Below are positions 38,001-48,707 of a stretch of DNA of 64,000 nucleotides, piece by piece. Made by a program: the position numbers and the translations under genes. Source of the stretch: a virus; the IMG/VR virus record IMGVR_UViG_3300034031_000020, positions 15,452 through 79,451 of that record; one strand, 5' to 3'. The notes beneath the pieces are model-generated. The model did not search any database, was not told where the DNA came from, and was given only the letters and a program-made list of their open reading frames with translations. Position 1 is the stretch's first letter. Every line of letters starts with the position of its first letter.

Positions 38001-38690
38001 GTGAGCAGGAAACGCAGGAACGGCGGTGGCGGTGGCGGCCGTCCCGCCGCCCACCTCGGCGACACCAGCAGCGTCAACGGTCGGGGCGGCCCGGACCTCC
38101 GGATCGTCCGGGGCGGCGAGAACATCACCATCGGGGAGATCGGCGGGGAGAGTCACGGGAAGGTCACGGCGACGTTCGGGTTCTTCGGCCGGACGCTGCG
38201 GGTCAACCCCGACCTCACTGAACTGGAGGTCATCGACCTGTTGGAGGAAGCCGACAACGTCAAGATGACGGACATCCGGTCCATGACGATGACGAAGAAA
38301 TACGCGCGGGCGCATGTCCACCCGGACGACTTCGACGAGTTCTGGCGGCTCATCAAAGCCAACAACCAGGGGACCGCCGACATCATGGTGACGTGCTGGA
38401 AGATCCTCGACGGGATCACCGCAAACCCTACTGGCGGGCCGTCCGACTCCTCGGGTGGGCAGCCCGCAACCAGTCCGTCCTCGCCGCCCGCCTCATCGAC
38501 TCCGGCCGGACCCCCGTCCGACCGGCGGGCAGCGTTCCTCCAACACATCGAACGGATCCAGAACCGGACCGACGAGGACGGCAACCCGCTGCCGGTCAAC
38601 GCGGCGATAGCGGCACAGCTCGCCGTGGCGGCGAAGGCGCAGGGGATCGACCTCGACGCCGGACGTCCGTTGGAGCCCGCTACGGCCTGA
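38001..38690 (+). CDS. Tail assembly chaperone (gpG-like)
   Basis: Between major tail and tape measure; contains slippery A AAC CCT. Confidence 0.75.
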   Translation: MSRKRRNGGGGGGRPAAHLGDTSSVNGRGGPDLRIVRGGENITIGEIGGESHGKVTATFGFFGRTLRVNPDLTELEVIDLLEEADNVKMTDIRSMTMTKKYARAHVHPDDFDEFWRLIKANNQGTADIMVTCWKILDGITANPTGGPSDSSGGQPATSPSSPPASSTPAGPPSDRRAAFLQHIERIQNRTDEDGNPLPVNAAIAAQLAVAAKAQGIDLDAGRPLEPATA

Positions 38691-38917
38691 CCCTCGCCGA
38701 GGTGTGTGACCTGTCGTACGCCATCCAGCGGGAAGAGATCGTGGCGCGGGCCTTGGCGGAGATGCAACTGGCGCCGCACGTGGAGGACTCGACGAAGATC
38801 GCGCCACCACACGTGGCGGTCGACGAGTTCGACCAGTGGCTGAACGACCCTCCACCGGAGGTGAACAGATCCGGGGACCCGGGCCTGGAGGAACTGATCG
38901 CGGGAGGGAGGCGGTAG
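38420..38917 (+). CDS. Tail assembly chaperone -1 frameshift extension (gpT-like)
   Basis: -1 frame open from KPYWRAVRLLGW to the stop at 38917; no obvious RBS. Confidence 0.7.
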   Translation, partial: RKPYWRAVRLLGWAARNQSVLAARLIDSGRTPVRPAGSVPPTHRTDPEPDRRGRQPAAGQRGDSGTARRGGEGAGDRPRRRTSVGARYGLTLAEVCDLSYAIQREEIVARALAEMQLAPHVEDSTKIAPPHVAVDEFDQWLNDPPPEVNRSGDPGLEELIAGGRR

Positions 38918-38920
38918 AGG

Positions 38921-41900
38921 GTGGCCGTTCAGACCGTCGCTGAGGCCGCCCTCATCGTCCGCCCCGACTTCTCTGGGACGTCCGCCGGTGTCCGGGCCGG
39001 TGCCCGCAAGGCCGGGGAGCAGGCCGGGGACGAGACCGGGCGGGGGTTCTCGTCCCGGCTCCAAGTCGCGATGGACAAGGCCGGGCGCGGCGGGGCGACC
39101 GCGTTCGCGAAGGGCTTCGACGGCGGCGGCGGGACCTTCGCCCGGGTTGTCGCGACGATGGCCGCGAAGATGACCCTTGCGGGTGCCGCCGTCGCGACGG
39201 TCACCCCTGGGATCGTCCAGCTCACCGCCGCGCTCATCCCGGCGGCGGGTGCCGCCGTGGCCCTCCCGGCGGCCCTGATCGGGATCCAGGCGGCGGCGGC
39301 GGTCGTGAAGGTCGCCACCGCCGGTGTCGGCGACGCGATCACGAAGGACTTCACCGGTACCGCGAAGCAGGCCAAAAAGGCGATGGATGCGCTGCCGCCG
39401 TCTGCGCAGCGTTTCGCCCGGTCCATCATCGCGTTGAAACCCCGGATCGCTGAGCTGCGGGCGTCGGTGGCTCAACGGTTCTTCGCCCCGCTCCAGGACG
39501 AGATCCGTCCCCTCGCCGAACGGTACTTCCCGATGCTTCGCCGGGAGATGGCGAACACGGCAGGCCCGCTCGGTGGGCTCGGCGAGCAGGTCGCGCAAAC
39601 CGCCCGCAAATCCGTCGTCTTCAACGCGGTCCGGGACGTCTTCAGGAACACCCGGCTCGCGGCGGTCGAGCTGCGCGGCGGGATCGACCCACTCGTGGTC
39701 GGGTTCTCGAACCTGATCCGGGCGACGGTGCCGGAGCTGCCGAAGATGGCGTCCGGGTTCACCGGCGTCGCGACGTCCGTCGGGAAGTGGCTGACGCAGG
39801 CGTCGAAGTCCGGCCAGATCATGCAGATCTACCGCAACGCCATCGACACGATCAAAGAGCTGGGCGCCATCTTCGGTGACCTCGGCGCGATCGTCGGCGT
39901 CGTCTACACCCAGTCGAACATCAGCGGCGGCAACCTGTTGCGGACCATCAAGGGTCTGACGGCGGAGGCCCGCGAGTTCGTCACCTCAGCCAGCGGGGTC
40001 AAGACCTTGCAGTCCGGGTTCGGTGTCCTCGCCAGCATGGGTGAGGGGCTACGGACCGGCCTCGGTGGGGCGCTCGTCGCGATCGGTGAGTCCATCCGCA
40101 TCGCGGCGCCGCTGCTGTCGCAACTCGCCGTCATCGCGGGCCGCCTCGTCGCCGCGCTCGCGCCGCTGCTGCCCGCGATGACGATGCTCGCGGTCCAGGT
40201 CCTGACGGCGTTGCTGCCGTCTATCATTTCCCTGACGGGGTGGCTGGAACGCAACCAGGACACCGTCCGGTCGCTCGCCCCGTACGTCCTCGGCGCGGTC
40301 GTCGCGTTCCAGGCGTACCGCCTCGCCGTGATCGTCGCGTCCGTCGCCACCCGGACGTGGGCCATCGCGATGGGGGTCGCGAAAGTCGCGCAGGCCGGTT
40401 GGACGGCCGTCGTGTGGCTGGCCACCCTGCCGGTGAAGGCGCACACGGCGGCGATGCTGCTGTCCCGTTCCACGATCGGTACCTGGATCGGCGTGAAAGC
40501 GATCGAGGCCGGTGCGTGGGCGCGCAGCACGGCGGCGGCGGTCGCCGCTCGCGTCGCGACCCTCGGATCCACGGCGGCGACCCTGGGCCACCGCGCCGCG
40601 ACCCTGGCGTCAACGGCCGTCACGAAGGCGTCAGCGGCGGCCACGGCGACGTGGGCAGCAGTGACGGCCGGTGCCACGGCGGTGATGAAGGGCGTCCGGA
40701 TCGCGGTCCTCGCCGTGAACGCGGCCATGCGCGCGAACCCCATCGGCGTCGTCATCACGATCATCATGCTGTTGGTCGGCGTCCTCGTCATCCTGTACCA
40801 GCGCAACCAGACGGTACGGCGGGTCGTCGACGCCGCGTGGAAGGGCATCAAGACAGCAATCTCCGCCGTCGGCTCGTGGTTCCAGAACACCCTTTGGCCG
40901 CTGTTCCGCAAGTATCTCGACTTCCTGATGACGCACTTCCGGCTGTTCCTGCGGATCGCGCAGTCCGTGTGGACGACCGCCCGATCGGTCATCAGTGGTC
41001 AGGTCGCCCTCGTCATCAAGGTGTTCCAGGGCCTGCGGAACTTCGTCACGAAGACCCTCCCGGACGGCTTCAAGTCGGGTGTGTCAGCGATCCAGCGGTA
41101 CTGGAAAGGCGTCCAGGAGGCCGCCCGCGTTCCGGTGGCCTTCGTCGTCAACCGGGTCGTCAACCCGTTCATCACCGGATTTAACAAGATCTCCAGCGTG
41201 TTCGGTGTGAAGGCCGTCCCCACGGTCGGCGGGTTCGCCGAGGGCGGCCAGATCCCAGGGCCCCCGTCGTCGAAGGACAACCGGGTCGCGTGGCTGAAAG
41301 ACGCCGCCGGGCGCGCCGTGTCGAGTATCAGCGTCGCGACGGGTGAGTTCATCGTCAACGCCCGCGACACCGCGAAGGCGCTCCCCCTGCTCCGCTGGAT
41401 CAACGACGGGATGAAGGGCGGACCGGCGGCGATCACCCGGCGTCTCGGCCGTCGGCCGGTGGACCGGGCGGGGGACGGCTCCGAGGGCTACGCGTTCGCG
41501 AAGGGTGGCCTCGTCGGGTTCCTGTCCGACGTGTGGGGCGCCATCAGTGACCCGGCGAAACTCATCAAGGCACCCGTCGAGGCGATGATCCGGCAGATCC
41601 CCGGCGGTGGACTCGTCCGTGACGTGCTCGTCGGCATGGGCCACAAACTCATCAGTGGCCTTACCGGGTTCCTGTCCGGCGGCGGCGGGTTCGGCGGCGG
41701 GACCGCGACCGGCAACGTCGGTAAGGCGCAGTCGTTCGTCCGCGCGCAGGCCGGGAAGCCGTACGGGTGGGCGAACGCGGGCCCCGGGTCGTACGACTGC
41801 TCCGGCATCGTGTCGGCGGCGTACAACGTCATGAAGGGCAAGAACCCGTACTCGCACACGTTCTCCACGGGTAGCCTCCCCGGGCCGTGGTTCGCGCAGG

Positions 41901-42379
41901 GCCGCCGGGTGGGTCCCCTCGTCGCCGGGTGGGCGCACCCCGGGCAGCGCGGCGCGTCCGCGAACGTCGGCCACATGGCAGGTTCCATCGGCGGGATGCC
42001 GTTCTCCAGCACCGGTTCCCGAGGTGTCCGGGTGGGCCCGGCGGCCGACAAGGTGACCGACTTCGCGTACATCGGCGCGGCCCGCGCGGCTGGTGGCCTC
42101 GTCGAACTCCAGAAGATCGCGAAGGTCGCGCAGGCCGACTTCGGCAACGTCACCCTCGCCCCCGGGCAGAACCTGATCTATAACGGCCTCGGCCGCCCCG
42201 AGCCGCTGGTCACCCCGAAGCCCCCCACCGGTGGGCCCGGCGGCGGCGCGCGGATGCACCCCGACGACATAGCGGCACTGGCCGACGCGATCGGCGGGGT
42301 CCTCGGCCGCGCGCTGCTCGGCACCGTCCCCGCGACCCGGGCGGCGGCGCGGCAGGCAGGGCGGAGGCCCGGACGATGA
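38921..42379 (+). CDS. Tape measure protein with C-terminal NlpC/P60-like peptidoglycan hydrolase
   Basis: 1152 aa, Ala-rich helical, ANPIG repeat region, GKPYGW...YDCSG...GHM. Confidence 0.92.
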   Translation: MAVQTVAEAALIVRPDFSGTSAGVRAGARKAGEQAGDETGRGFSSRLQVAMDKAGRGGATAFAKGFDGGGGTFARVVATMAAKMTLAGAAVATVTPGIVQLTAALIPAAGAAVALPAALIGIQAAAAVVKVATAGVGDAITKDFTGTAKQAKKAMDALPPSAQRFARSIIALKPRIAELRASVAQRFFAPLQDEIRPLAERYFPMLRREMANTAGPLGGLGEQVAQTARKSVVFNAVRDVFRNTRLAAVELRGGIDPLVVGFSNLIRATVPELPKMASGFTGVATSVGKWLTQASKSGQIMQIYRNAIDTIKELGAIFGDLGAIVGVVYTQSNISGGNLLRTIKGLTAEAREFVTSASGVKTLQSGFGVLASMGEGLRTGLGGALVAIGESIRIAAPLLSQLAVIAGRLVAALAPLLPAMTMLAVQVLTALLPSIISLTGWLERNQDTVRSLAPYVLGAVVAFQAYRLAVIVASVATRTWAIAMGVAKVAQAGWTAVVWLATLPVKAHTAAMLLSRSTIGTWIGVKAIEAGAWARSTAAAVAARVATLGSTAATLGHRAATLASTAVTKASAAATATWAAVTAGATAVMKGVRIAVLAVNAAMRANPIGVVITIIMLLVGVLVILYQRNQTVRRVVDAAWKGIKTAISAVGSWFQNTLWPLFRKYLDFLMTHFRLFLRIAQSVWTTARSVISGQVALVIKVFQGLRNFVTKTLPDGFKSGVSAIQRYWKGVQEAARVPVAFVVNRVVNPFITGFNKISSVFGVKAVPTVGGFAEGGQIPGPPSSKDNRVAWLKDAAGRAVSSISVATGEFIVNARDTAKALPLLRWINDGMKGGPAAITRRLGRRPVDRAGDGSEGYAFAKGGLVGFLSDVWGAISDPAKLIKAPVEAMIRQIPGGGLVRDVLVGMGHKLISGLTGFLSGGGGFGGGTATGNVGKAQSFVRAQAGKPYGWANAGPGSYDCSGIVSAAYNVMKGKNPYSHTFSTGSLPGPWFAQGRRVGPLVAGWAHPGQRGASANVGHMAGSIGGMPFSSTGSRGVRVGPAADKVTDFAYIGAARAAGGLVELQKIAKVAQADFGNVTLAPGQNLIYNGLGRPEPLVTPKPPTGGPGGGARMHPDDIAALADAIGGVLGRALLGTVPATRAAARQAGRRPGR

Positions 42380-42419
42380 TGATTCGTCAGCCGAGTAGGG
42401 TCCTCGTCATGATCCGGAG

Positions 42420-42818
42420 GTGGTCCACATCCAGCTCCAATTGACCAAACTCTGGCTCACGAACGTCGTGACCACGGAGATGCTTGGCGCGCAGTCGTCG
42501 CCGGACCGGCCGCAGGACTACGCGGTGAAAGGTGAGATCCGCACCTACGCCGGTGGGCGGCAACGAGCCGTCGGCAGCCTCGGCGCGTCCGGGCAGTGGA
42601 AGTTCCAGCTCATGGAACTCACCGCCACCCAGGTCGAAACCCTGAAAACGTGGATGGAAGCCGGGGTCACCGTCCTCGCCCGCGACCACCGGGGCCAATC
42701 CATGTACGGCACGTTCTTCGGCGTCACCGTCGGCGAGAACATGGCGCAGCTCTGGCAGAACGCCACCTACACGGCGGAGATCACCCTCCAGGCCGTGGAC
42801 GTCGTCGAGGGGGTCTGA
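42420..42818 (+). CDS. Minor tail protein
   Basis: Directly after the tape measure gene. Confidence 0.7.
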   Translation: MVHIQLQLTKLWLTNVVTTEMLGAQSSPDRPQDYAVKGEIRTYAGGRQRAVGSLGASGQWKFQLMELTATQVETLKTWMEAGVTVLARDHRGQSMYGTFFGVTVGENMAQLWQNATYTAEITLQAVDVVEGV

Positions 42819-43973
42819 GTGCAGCCACCCACCGACGGCCCCCGCGCCGGGTACTCGGAGGCCGAAGTCGCGTACCTGATCGAGAACTCGTCCAGCTTCG
42901 ACACCGACATGGGCCTCGAACTGCTCGGCGGCCTCGACACCATGACCGTCGAAGATGACCTGTCCCAGTGGATGTCCGCCGCGACCGTGACCCGCTCCAA
43001 CTACGCGAACCTCCACGCGTCCGCGAGCCTGACCCTGTCGTCGCCGCTGTCCTGGGGCAACAGCATCGTCCGGCCGTACATGACGATGACCGGCCCGACG
43101 AGCCCCACATCCGGACTGACGACGATGCGGTTCTACCAGGGCGCCTACTTCGTCGACTCCCCCGAGGAAGACCTGTCGGAGATCCCACCGCAGTACGACG
43201 TCACCGGGTACGACGTACTGTCCATCCTCGACGACGCGATCGGCGACGACTACTCCATCGCGAAGGGGACGCTGTACCTGGACCGGGTGGAGCAGATCCT
43301 CCAGGAGCGGGGCATCGCCCGGTACCACATCGACCCGGACCGGTTGTCGTCGACGGTCGCGTCGACGAAGGTCTACAACCTGGACGAGAACCCGACCTGG
43401 CTCCAGGTCGTGAACGACTGTCTCGCCGCCGTCGGGTACCAGGGGATCTGGACGGACTGGAACGGGACGTTTCAGTGCCGCTCGTACGACACCCCCGGCG
43501 ACCGCTCCCCCGAATGGTTCCTGTCCGCCGAGGTCGCCAACACCTTGCTGACGCAGCGGCGCAAACGGTCCCGCGACTTCTACGACGCCCCCAACCGGTG
43601 GGTGTTCTACCAGTCGAACGTGACGGAGACGCAACCCGTCGACGGGAACGGCCGGTACGAGTACACCAACGAGTCGAAGGGGGACACCTCCGTCGAGGCC
43701 CGGGGCGGGCGGGTCATCACGAAACCGCCGGAGGGTGTCGACGTCGCCGACCATGCCGCCCTGATCGCGTACGCGAAACGGGTCATCGACGGCGACATGT
43801 CGATCCCGACGACCATCTCGATCGAGACCGCACCGCTGCCGCTCATCTGGCACATGGACCGGTACTCGGTGTCGGACCCCATCCTCGGGACGTCCCTGGA
43901 GGTCATGGGGACGTCGTGGACGATGAACCTCGACGGGTCCGACGTGCAACACGAATGGACGGTCGTCGAGTAA
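42819..43973 (+). CDS. Minor tail/baseplate hub protein
   Basis: Synteny; 384 aa with PNRW motif. Confidence 0.75.
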   Translation: MQPPTDGPRAGYSEAEVAYLIENSSSFDTDMGLELLGGLDTMTVEDDLSQWMSAATVTRSNYANLHASASLTLSSPLSWGNSIVRPYMTMTGPTSPTSGLTTMRFYQGAYFVDSPEEDLSEIPPQYDVTGYDVLSILDDAIGDDYSIAKGTLYLDRVEQILQERGIARYHIDPDRLSSTVASTKVYNLDENPTWLQVVNDCLAAVGYQGIWTDWNGTFQCRSYDTPGDRSPEWFLSAEVANTLLTQRRKRSRDFYDAPNRWVFYQSNVTETQPVDGNGRYEYTNESKGDTSVEARGGRVITKPPEGVDVADHAALIAYAKRVIDGDMSIPTTISIETAPLPLIWHMDRYSVSDPILGTSLEVMGTSWTMNLDGSDVQHEWTVVE

Positions 43974-44659
43974 TGGCCGGGTACTCGGAGGGTCTGCTGG
44001 GCCTCATCGACTCCCGGACCGCCCGGGACGCGCCCGCGAAGATGGGGACCGTGCAATGGCGGTCCACGGGGGCGCTGGCCGGTGACCCCGGCATGTACGC
44101 GGTGACCGTCATCTTCGACGGCAGCGGCGGTACCGCGCAGGAGGTCAAATGCTTCGAGTCCGTCATCGTCGACGAGGGCGACCGGGTCGGGGTGATCCGG
44201 TACGAGGGTGAATGGATCGTCACCGGCAACTACCGGCTCCGGACCCTGGCGGACGCGTCGCTGCGACTCCAGTACGGCACGTCCTCGGGGACCACCTCGG
44301 CGACGTTCGTCGACATGCCCTCATCACCGACGGCGTCACCGATCAAGGTCCGGGATTACACCCTGTTCCGGATCTCCATCGACCTGTCCCTCACATCCAC
44401 GGTCACGGGCACGGTCGTGGAGCTGGGGGCGTACGTCGCGAGCGTCGACGGGACCGTGGCGTACGACGAGGTGATCTGCAAACGGGCCATCAACGCGGCG
44501 GGCGACCACCGGGAAATCGGTGGCTGGACGACCACGGCCGCGCTCGTCGGCGGCGGGTACGCGGTCACCGGCCGGTGGCGCCGGGTGTCGGGGACGGGCA
44601 CGCTCAACATGGACGCCAACGACGGGGTTCACCTGCGGGTCCAGGAAGTGGTGACGTAA
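43973..44659 (+). CDS. Minor tail protein
   Basis: TAATG coupling; GDRV..W.V.G spike-like OB motif. Confidence 0.7.
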   Translation: MAGYSEGLLGLIDSRTARDAPAKMGTVQWRSTGALAGDPGMYAVTVIFDGSGGTAQEVKCFESVIVDEGDRVGVIRYEGEWIVTGNYRLRTLADASLRLQYGTSSGTTSATFVDMPSSPTASPIKVRDYTLFRISIDLSLTSTVTGTVVELGAYVASVDGTVAYDEVICKRAINAAGDHREIGGWTTTAALVGGGYAVTGRWRRVSGTGTLNMDANDGVHLRVQEVVT

Positions 44660-47600
44660 TGCCAACGGTGACGACGTCGACGAGTGCTGGCGCGTTCGGG
44701 TTCCCACCCATGTCGTTCCTGGAGCGGGCCCCCGACACCGGGCACCTGTGGGTCCTGTTCCGTAGCACCGACACCCAGGTTTCCGTGTACCGGTCGACGG
44801 ACAACGGCGCGACGTGGGGTTCACAGGGGTCGTTCACCCGGACCGGGTTGTATGACGTGGGTGAGGCCCGCATCGACCAGGCCGGTGACCACATCCACCT
44901 GACGTACCTGACGAACGAGTCCAGCCAGGACCGGATCTACTACAAGCGGATCGACATCCGGTCCGGCAGCGCCTCGCTCGCGACCGGTGAGGTCCAGGTC
45001 GCGGCGACGGCGAACGGTGGCGTCGCCCGGGGCTACTGGCACTCGTGTTCGATCTACCCGTACAAGAACCCGGACGGGTCGTTCGCGGTGGTGATCCCGT
45101 CGGCGTTCCGGTCGTCGGGCGGGTCCGGGGTCTACGTGCACGGCCTGTCGATCAGGAACGACGCGGTCCTCACGACCCGCAAGAACGACGGCCTGATCCG
45201 GTCGACCCGCTCGTACCGGGTCAGCGGCGACGACACAGGCGGCCTGACGGTGTGCTGCGACGTGGAGCACAACGGCGACGGGTACACCACGAAGACCCCG
45301 AACGTATGGATCGCGTACCAGGTCCACGGGGTGGCGTACGCCCTGAAGCTGACGTGGCAGGGGTACAAGACGGGGTGGGCGTCGCCGACGACCGCGCCGA
45401 CCGTCGCCGTGTCACGGACCAGTTCCCGGGACCTCCCCGCCCGGTGGGACGGGAAACGGTTCGTCATCATGTCGACGAACCCCACCGACACCACGAAGAT
45501 GGACGTCTTCGAGCGGGACGCGGGGAACACGAAGAACGTCGCGAAGCGCACCAGCCCCACCCACCCGAACCTCACCACCACGATCAACGCGAACATGATG
45601 TCGTACAACCACGTCACCCAGGACCTGCGGATCTTCGGGGTGGGTGTCGGCGGCGGGACCGTCTACTACGTCGACTTCATCCGGGCCACCGCGACGTGGG
45701 GGACGTGGACGCAGGCGAACGCGGTCGCGCCGGTCACCTCCGAGTGGGGGATCCGTCGGTCCACGCACGGTACCAACCAGTACGACGTGTACCAGCAGTC
45801 CGGCGCCAGCAGCCCCTACACGATCTCCACGTACGCGCTGGCCGTGAACTACGCGCCGTCGGCGCCGACGTGGGTGACGGGGAAGGCGGGCACCCCCGAC
45901 ACGAACGGGGCCGCGTTCGACGTCGCGTCGACGTTGCTGCTGGACTGGAACTTCATCGACGCGAACAAGGCCGACACGCAGCAGACGTACGCCCTGCAAC
46001 GGCAGATCGGGGTCGCGGCCGTCCAGTGGTGGCGGACGTCGGACTCGACGTGGCAACTCGCCGAGACGTTCAACACGTCCAGCACGTCCGCGCTGACGTT
46101 GACCGCCGCGCAGTGGGTCGGCGGCGGCGGCGCGGCGGACGTCGCGCACGTCTACAAAGTCAAGGTCACCGACTCGGGGGGTCTGGTGTCCGCGTACTCC
46201 GCCGGGCTGGCCGTGGTCCCGTCCACCCGCGTCGACCCGACGCTCACCGCGCCGGTCGCCGACGCGATCCTCGCGTCGGGGGTCGTCGCCGCGACGTGGA
46301 CGGTGTCGGAGCAGTCCGCGTACCGGGTGCGGGTCATGCCGTCCGTGGCGAACGATGCGTTCAGCCGGACCACCTCCAACGGGTGGGGGTCAGCGGACTA
46401 CGGCGGCCCGTGGACGGTCGTGTCCGGTGGGGTCCTGTCCGACTACGCAGTCTCCGGTGGCCTCGCCCGGCAGACCCACACCGTCCGCAACACGCAGCAC
46501 GAGATCCGGCTCATGGACGTCATCGCGGCCGACGTCAACGTCCTCATCAACTCGATCACCGTCCCCGGGGTGTCGACGGGCAACGCGAACGAGGTCAACG
46601 TCCGCGCCCGGTGGGTGGACACGGTCACGTACGTCGACGTGAGGGTGTTCTTCCGCCTCGCGGGGGAGATCTCCATCGTCGTCCGGTCCCTGATCGGTGG
46701 GGTGGAGTCGTTCTCCCCGTTCGTGGTCCGCACCGACCTGCCCGGGGCGGGCCCGGTGTCGGTCCGGTTCGTCGCCGAAGGCGAGACCCTGAAAGCGCGG
46801 GTGTGGTCGTCGGTGTCGAACGAACCGAACCGGTGGGACGTCGAATGCCCGGCGGGGCACGTCGCCGCCGGGGCCCTCACCGTCGGGACTGTCGTGACGA
46901 GCACTAACACGAACGCGCTGCCCTACACGTTCACGATCGACGGCATCGTGGTGTCAGACGCGTCGCTGGCGTACCACGACAGTGGGTGGGTCACCGAGTC
47001 CACCCCCGGTACCCCGCAAGTCCTCAGCTACGACGTACCCACCCTGCTCCCCGACGGGTACGCCGGGCTGCTGACCTTCCAGACCCGCAACATGGAAGGG
47101 CTGGCGTCGGTGCTGCGGACGGTGCCGTTCACCGTCGACTTCGTCGAACCCGCCGCCCCCGTCGTCACCGCGCTGACCGCGACACCCGCGACCGGCGGTA
47201 TCACGCTGACGCTGACGCAGGTCGCACCCGTCGCCGGGCAGCCCGGCACGACCCGGATGGAGCTGTACCGGCGGAAGGTCGTCTACAGCTCACCCGCGAA
47301 CAGCAACCCGTACTTCGAGGTCGACGCCGCCGACTGGGGGAACGTGTCGTACACGTCGGCGGCCCGGTCCACGACCGTCGCACACCAGGGCGTCGCCAGC
47401 CTGTTCCTGACGCCGTCGGGGGCGGCGGCCAGCCCGTACGTCCAGACGGTCACGATCACGCCCATGGGGGCCGTTCAGCGGTGGGAGGCGCGTGCCTGGT
47501 TCCGGTCCACGACCGCGCTCCGACCGGTCCGGCTCAAGCTCCAGTGGTACAACGTCTCCAACGTCCTGATCTCCGAGTCGGTGCGGGACTTCACCGTCGT

Positions 47601-47889
47601 CGCCGGGGTATGGGTGTGGGCCCGGCACGTCGCCACCGCCCCGCCCACCGCCGTGGGGGTGCGGTGGGCCATCGGGCAGATCAACACACCGGCGGCGACG
47701 GACACCCTATACGTCGACGAGGCGGTCCTCATCCAGGCGAACGACGACCGGGGGATCCGGCTCGACGCGGGCGTAGAGTCCGGGGAAACGGTCCTCGACT
47801 GGCGGGCCGTCACCGGCGTCGACTACGAGTACGCCGGATACGCCGTCGGCGACAACGGGACCGACGTCCTCGGCCCCTGGCAGATGTGA
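44659..47889 (+). CDS. Large tail/receptor-binding protein (BNR-like, Ig/FN3-like and CBM-like segments)
   Basis: RSTDNGATW Asp-box, DAFSRT.SNGWG, NPYFE....W and carbohydrate-binding-like C-terminus. Confidence 0.75.
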   Translation: MPTVTTSTSAGAFGFPPMSFLERAPDTGHLWVLFRSTDTQVSVYRSTDNGATWGSQGSFTRTGLYDVGEARIDQAGDHIHLTYLTNESSQDRIYYKRIDIRSGSASLATGEVQVAATANGGVARGYWHSCSIYPYKNPDGSFAVVIPSAFRSSGGSGVYVHGLSIRNDAVLTTRKNDGLIRSTRSYRVSGDDTGGLTVCCDVEHNGDGYTTKTPNVWIAYQVHGVAYALKLTWQGYKTGWASPTTAPTVAVSRTSSRDLPARWDGKRFVIMSTNPTDTTKMDVFERDAGNTKNVAKRTSPTHPNLTTTINANMMSYNHVTQDLRIFGVGVGGGTVYYVDFIRATATWGTWTQANAVAPVTSEWGIRRSTHGTNQYDVYQQSGASSPYTISTYALAVNYAPSAPTWVTGKAGTPDTNGAAFDVASTLLLDWNFIDANKADTQQTYALQRQIGVAAVQWWRTSDSTWQLAETFNTSSTSALTLTAAQWVGGGGAADVAHVYKVKVTDSGGLVSAYSAGLAVVPSTRVDPTLTAPVADAILASGVVAATWTVSEQSAYRVRVMPSVANDAFSRTTSNGWGSADYGGPWTVVSGGVLSDYAVSGGLARQTHTVRNTQHEIRLMDVIAADVNVLINSITVPGVSTGNANEVNVRARWVDTVTYVDVRVFFRLAGEISIVVRSLIGGVESFSPFVVRTDLPGAGPVSVRFVAEGETLKARVWSSVSNEPNRWDVECPAGHVAAGALTVGTVVTSTNTNALPYTFTIDGIVVSDASLAYHDSGWVTESTPGTPQVLSYDVPTLLPDGYAGLLTFQTRNMEGLASVLRTVPFTVDFVEPAAPVVTALTATPATGGITLTLTQVAPVAGQPGTTRMELYRRKVVYSSPANSNPYFEVDAADWGNVSYTSAARSTTVAHQGVASLFLTPSGAAASPYVQTVTITPMGAVQRWEARAWFRSTTALRPVRLKLQWYNVSNVLISESVRDFTVVAGVWVWARHVATAPPTAVGVRWAIGQINTPAATDTLYVDEAVLIQANDDRGIRLDAGVESGETVLDWRAVTGVDYEYAGYAVGDNGTDVLGPWQM

Positions 47890-47899
47890 GGGGGCACCG

Positions 47900-48412
47900 G
47901 TGGCGAAGCCCGGCGACAGCACCGAAGCCGACCTGAACACGAACTCGGCCACCACGGAGGACACCGTCGCGGACCTGGTGTCGGTGACGTTCATCTACGA
48001 TCCGGCCCTCGGCTCCCCGGTGGAGACGCAACCCCTCGGTGGTCGGACGGTCGCGGTCCCGAAGTCGGCGATCCCCCTCCCGAAGCGGGGGAGTCTGCTG
48101 GGTCAGCAAGGGTTCGGGCGGCAAGCCGTCGTCGCGGACCCGACGTCACCGGAGACTCCCCCGGCGACGATGATCCGGTGGGAGTGGGTCCTCCAGGGCG
48201 GAACGGACCCGGTGGACCTGTTCGTCGACAACCTGACCGGCCGTCCCGGGTGGCTCATTCCGGCATCGCGGGCGACGATCAAAACCCTTGTTCAGCGGTT
48301 ATTCTCAGCGGGTATCCCCCGGTCGACGATCGTCAATCAGGTGCCGCTCATGTATCAGGCGGTAGCTGCGGAGGTGAGGGCCGAAGACTCGGCCTCGCCT
48401 AAGGCTCCATAG
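47900..48412 (+). CDS. Hypothetical protein
   Basis: GAGGGGG RBS, ORF in operon. Confidence 0.6.
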   Translation: MAKPGDSTEADLNTNSATTEDTVADLVSVTFIYDPALGSPVETQPLGGRTVAVPKSAIPLPKRGSLLGQQGFGRQAVVADPTSPETPPATMIRWEWVLQGGTDPVDLFVDNLTGRPGWLIPASRATIKTLVQRLFSAGIPRSTIVNQVPLMYQAVAAEVRAEDSASPKAP

Positions 48413-48421
48413 GAGGAAATC

Positions 48422-48694
48422 ATGGGACGGTTCCCGGTAGGGCGAGACATCGCGGAACGGGTGCTGGCAACGTTCGTCATGACCGTTCTGGGCTTGGCCA
48501 CGGCCGACGGTATCAACTGGACCGACTGGGGCAGCCTCGACAACTGGCAGACCTGGGGTGTCGGTGGCCTGACCGCAGGGTTCAGCCTGTTGAAGGGGTT
48601 GATCGCGTCGAGGATCAGTAAGCGTCAGGGCCGGTCGGCGAGCCTGGACCCGGGCGTGAAGCTCCAGCCCGTATCGGAGCACGCGTCGGCCTGA
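48422..48694 (+). CDS. Holin (r1t-like)
   Basis: DIAERVLATF...SLLKGLIA...ASL with two TM helices; AGGAGG RBS. Confidence 0.8.
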   Translation: MGRFPVGRDIAERVLATFVMTVLGLATADGINWTDWGSLDNWQTWGVGGLTAGFSLLKGLIASRISKRQGRSASLDPGVKLQPVSEHASA

Positions 48695-48707
48695 CCCCGA
48701 ACACAGT

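Noticed and set aside
3115-46910. Many long antisense and alternate-frame ORFs in the six-frame track
   Set aside because: Expected shadows of high-GC coding sequence; Arg/Pro/Gly-rich without motifs or RBS.
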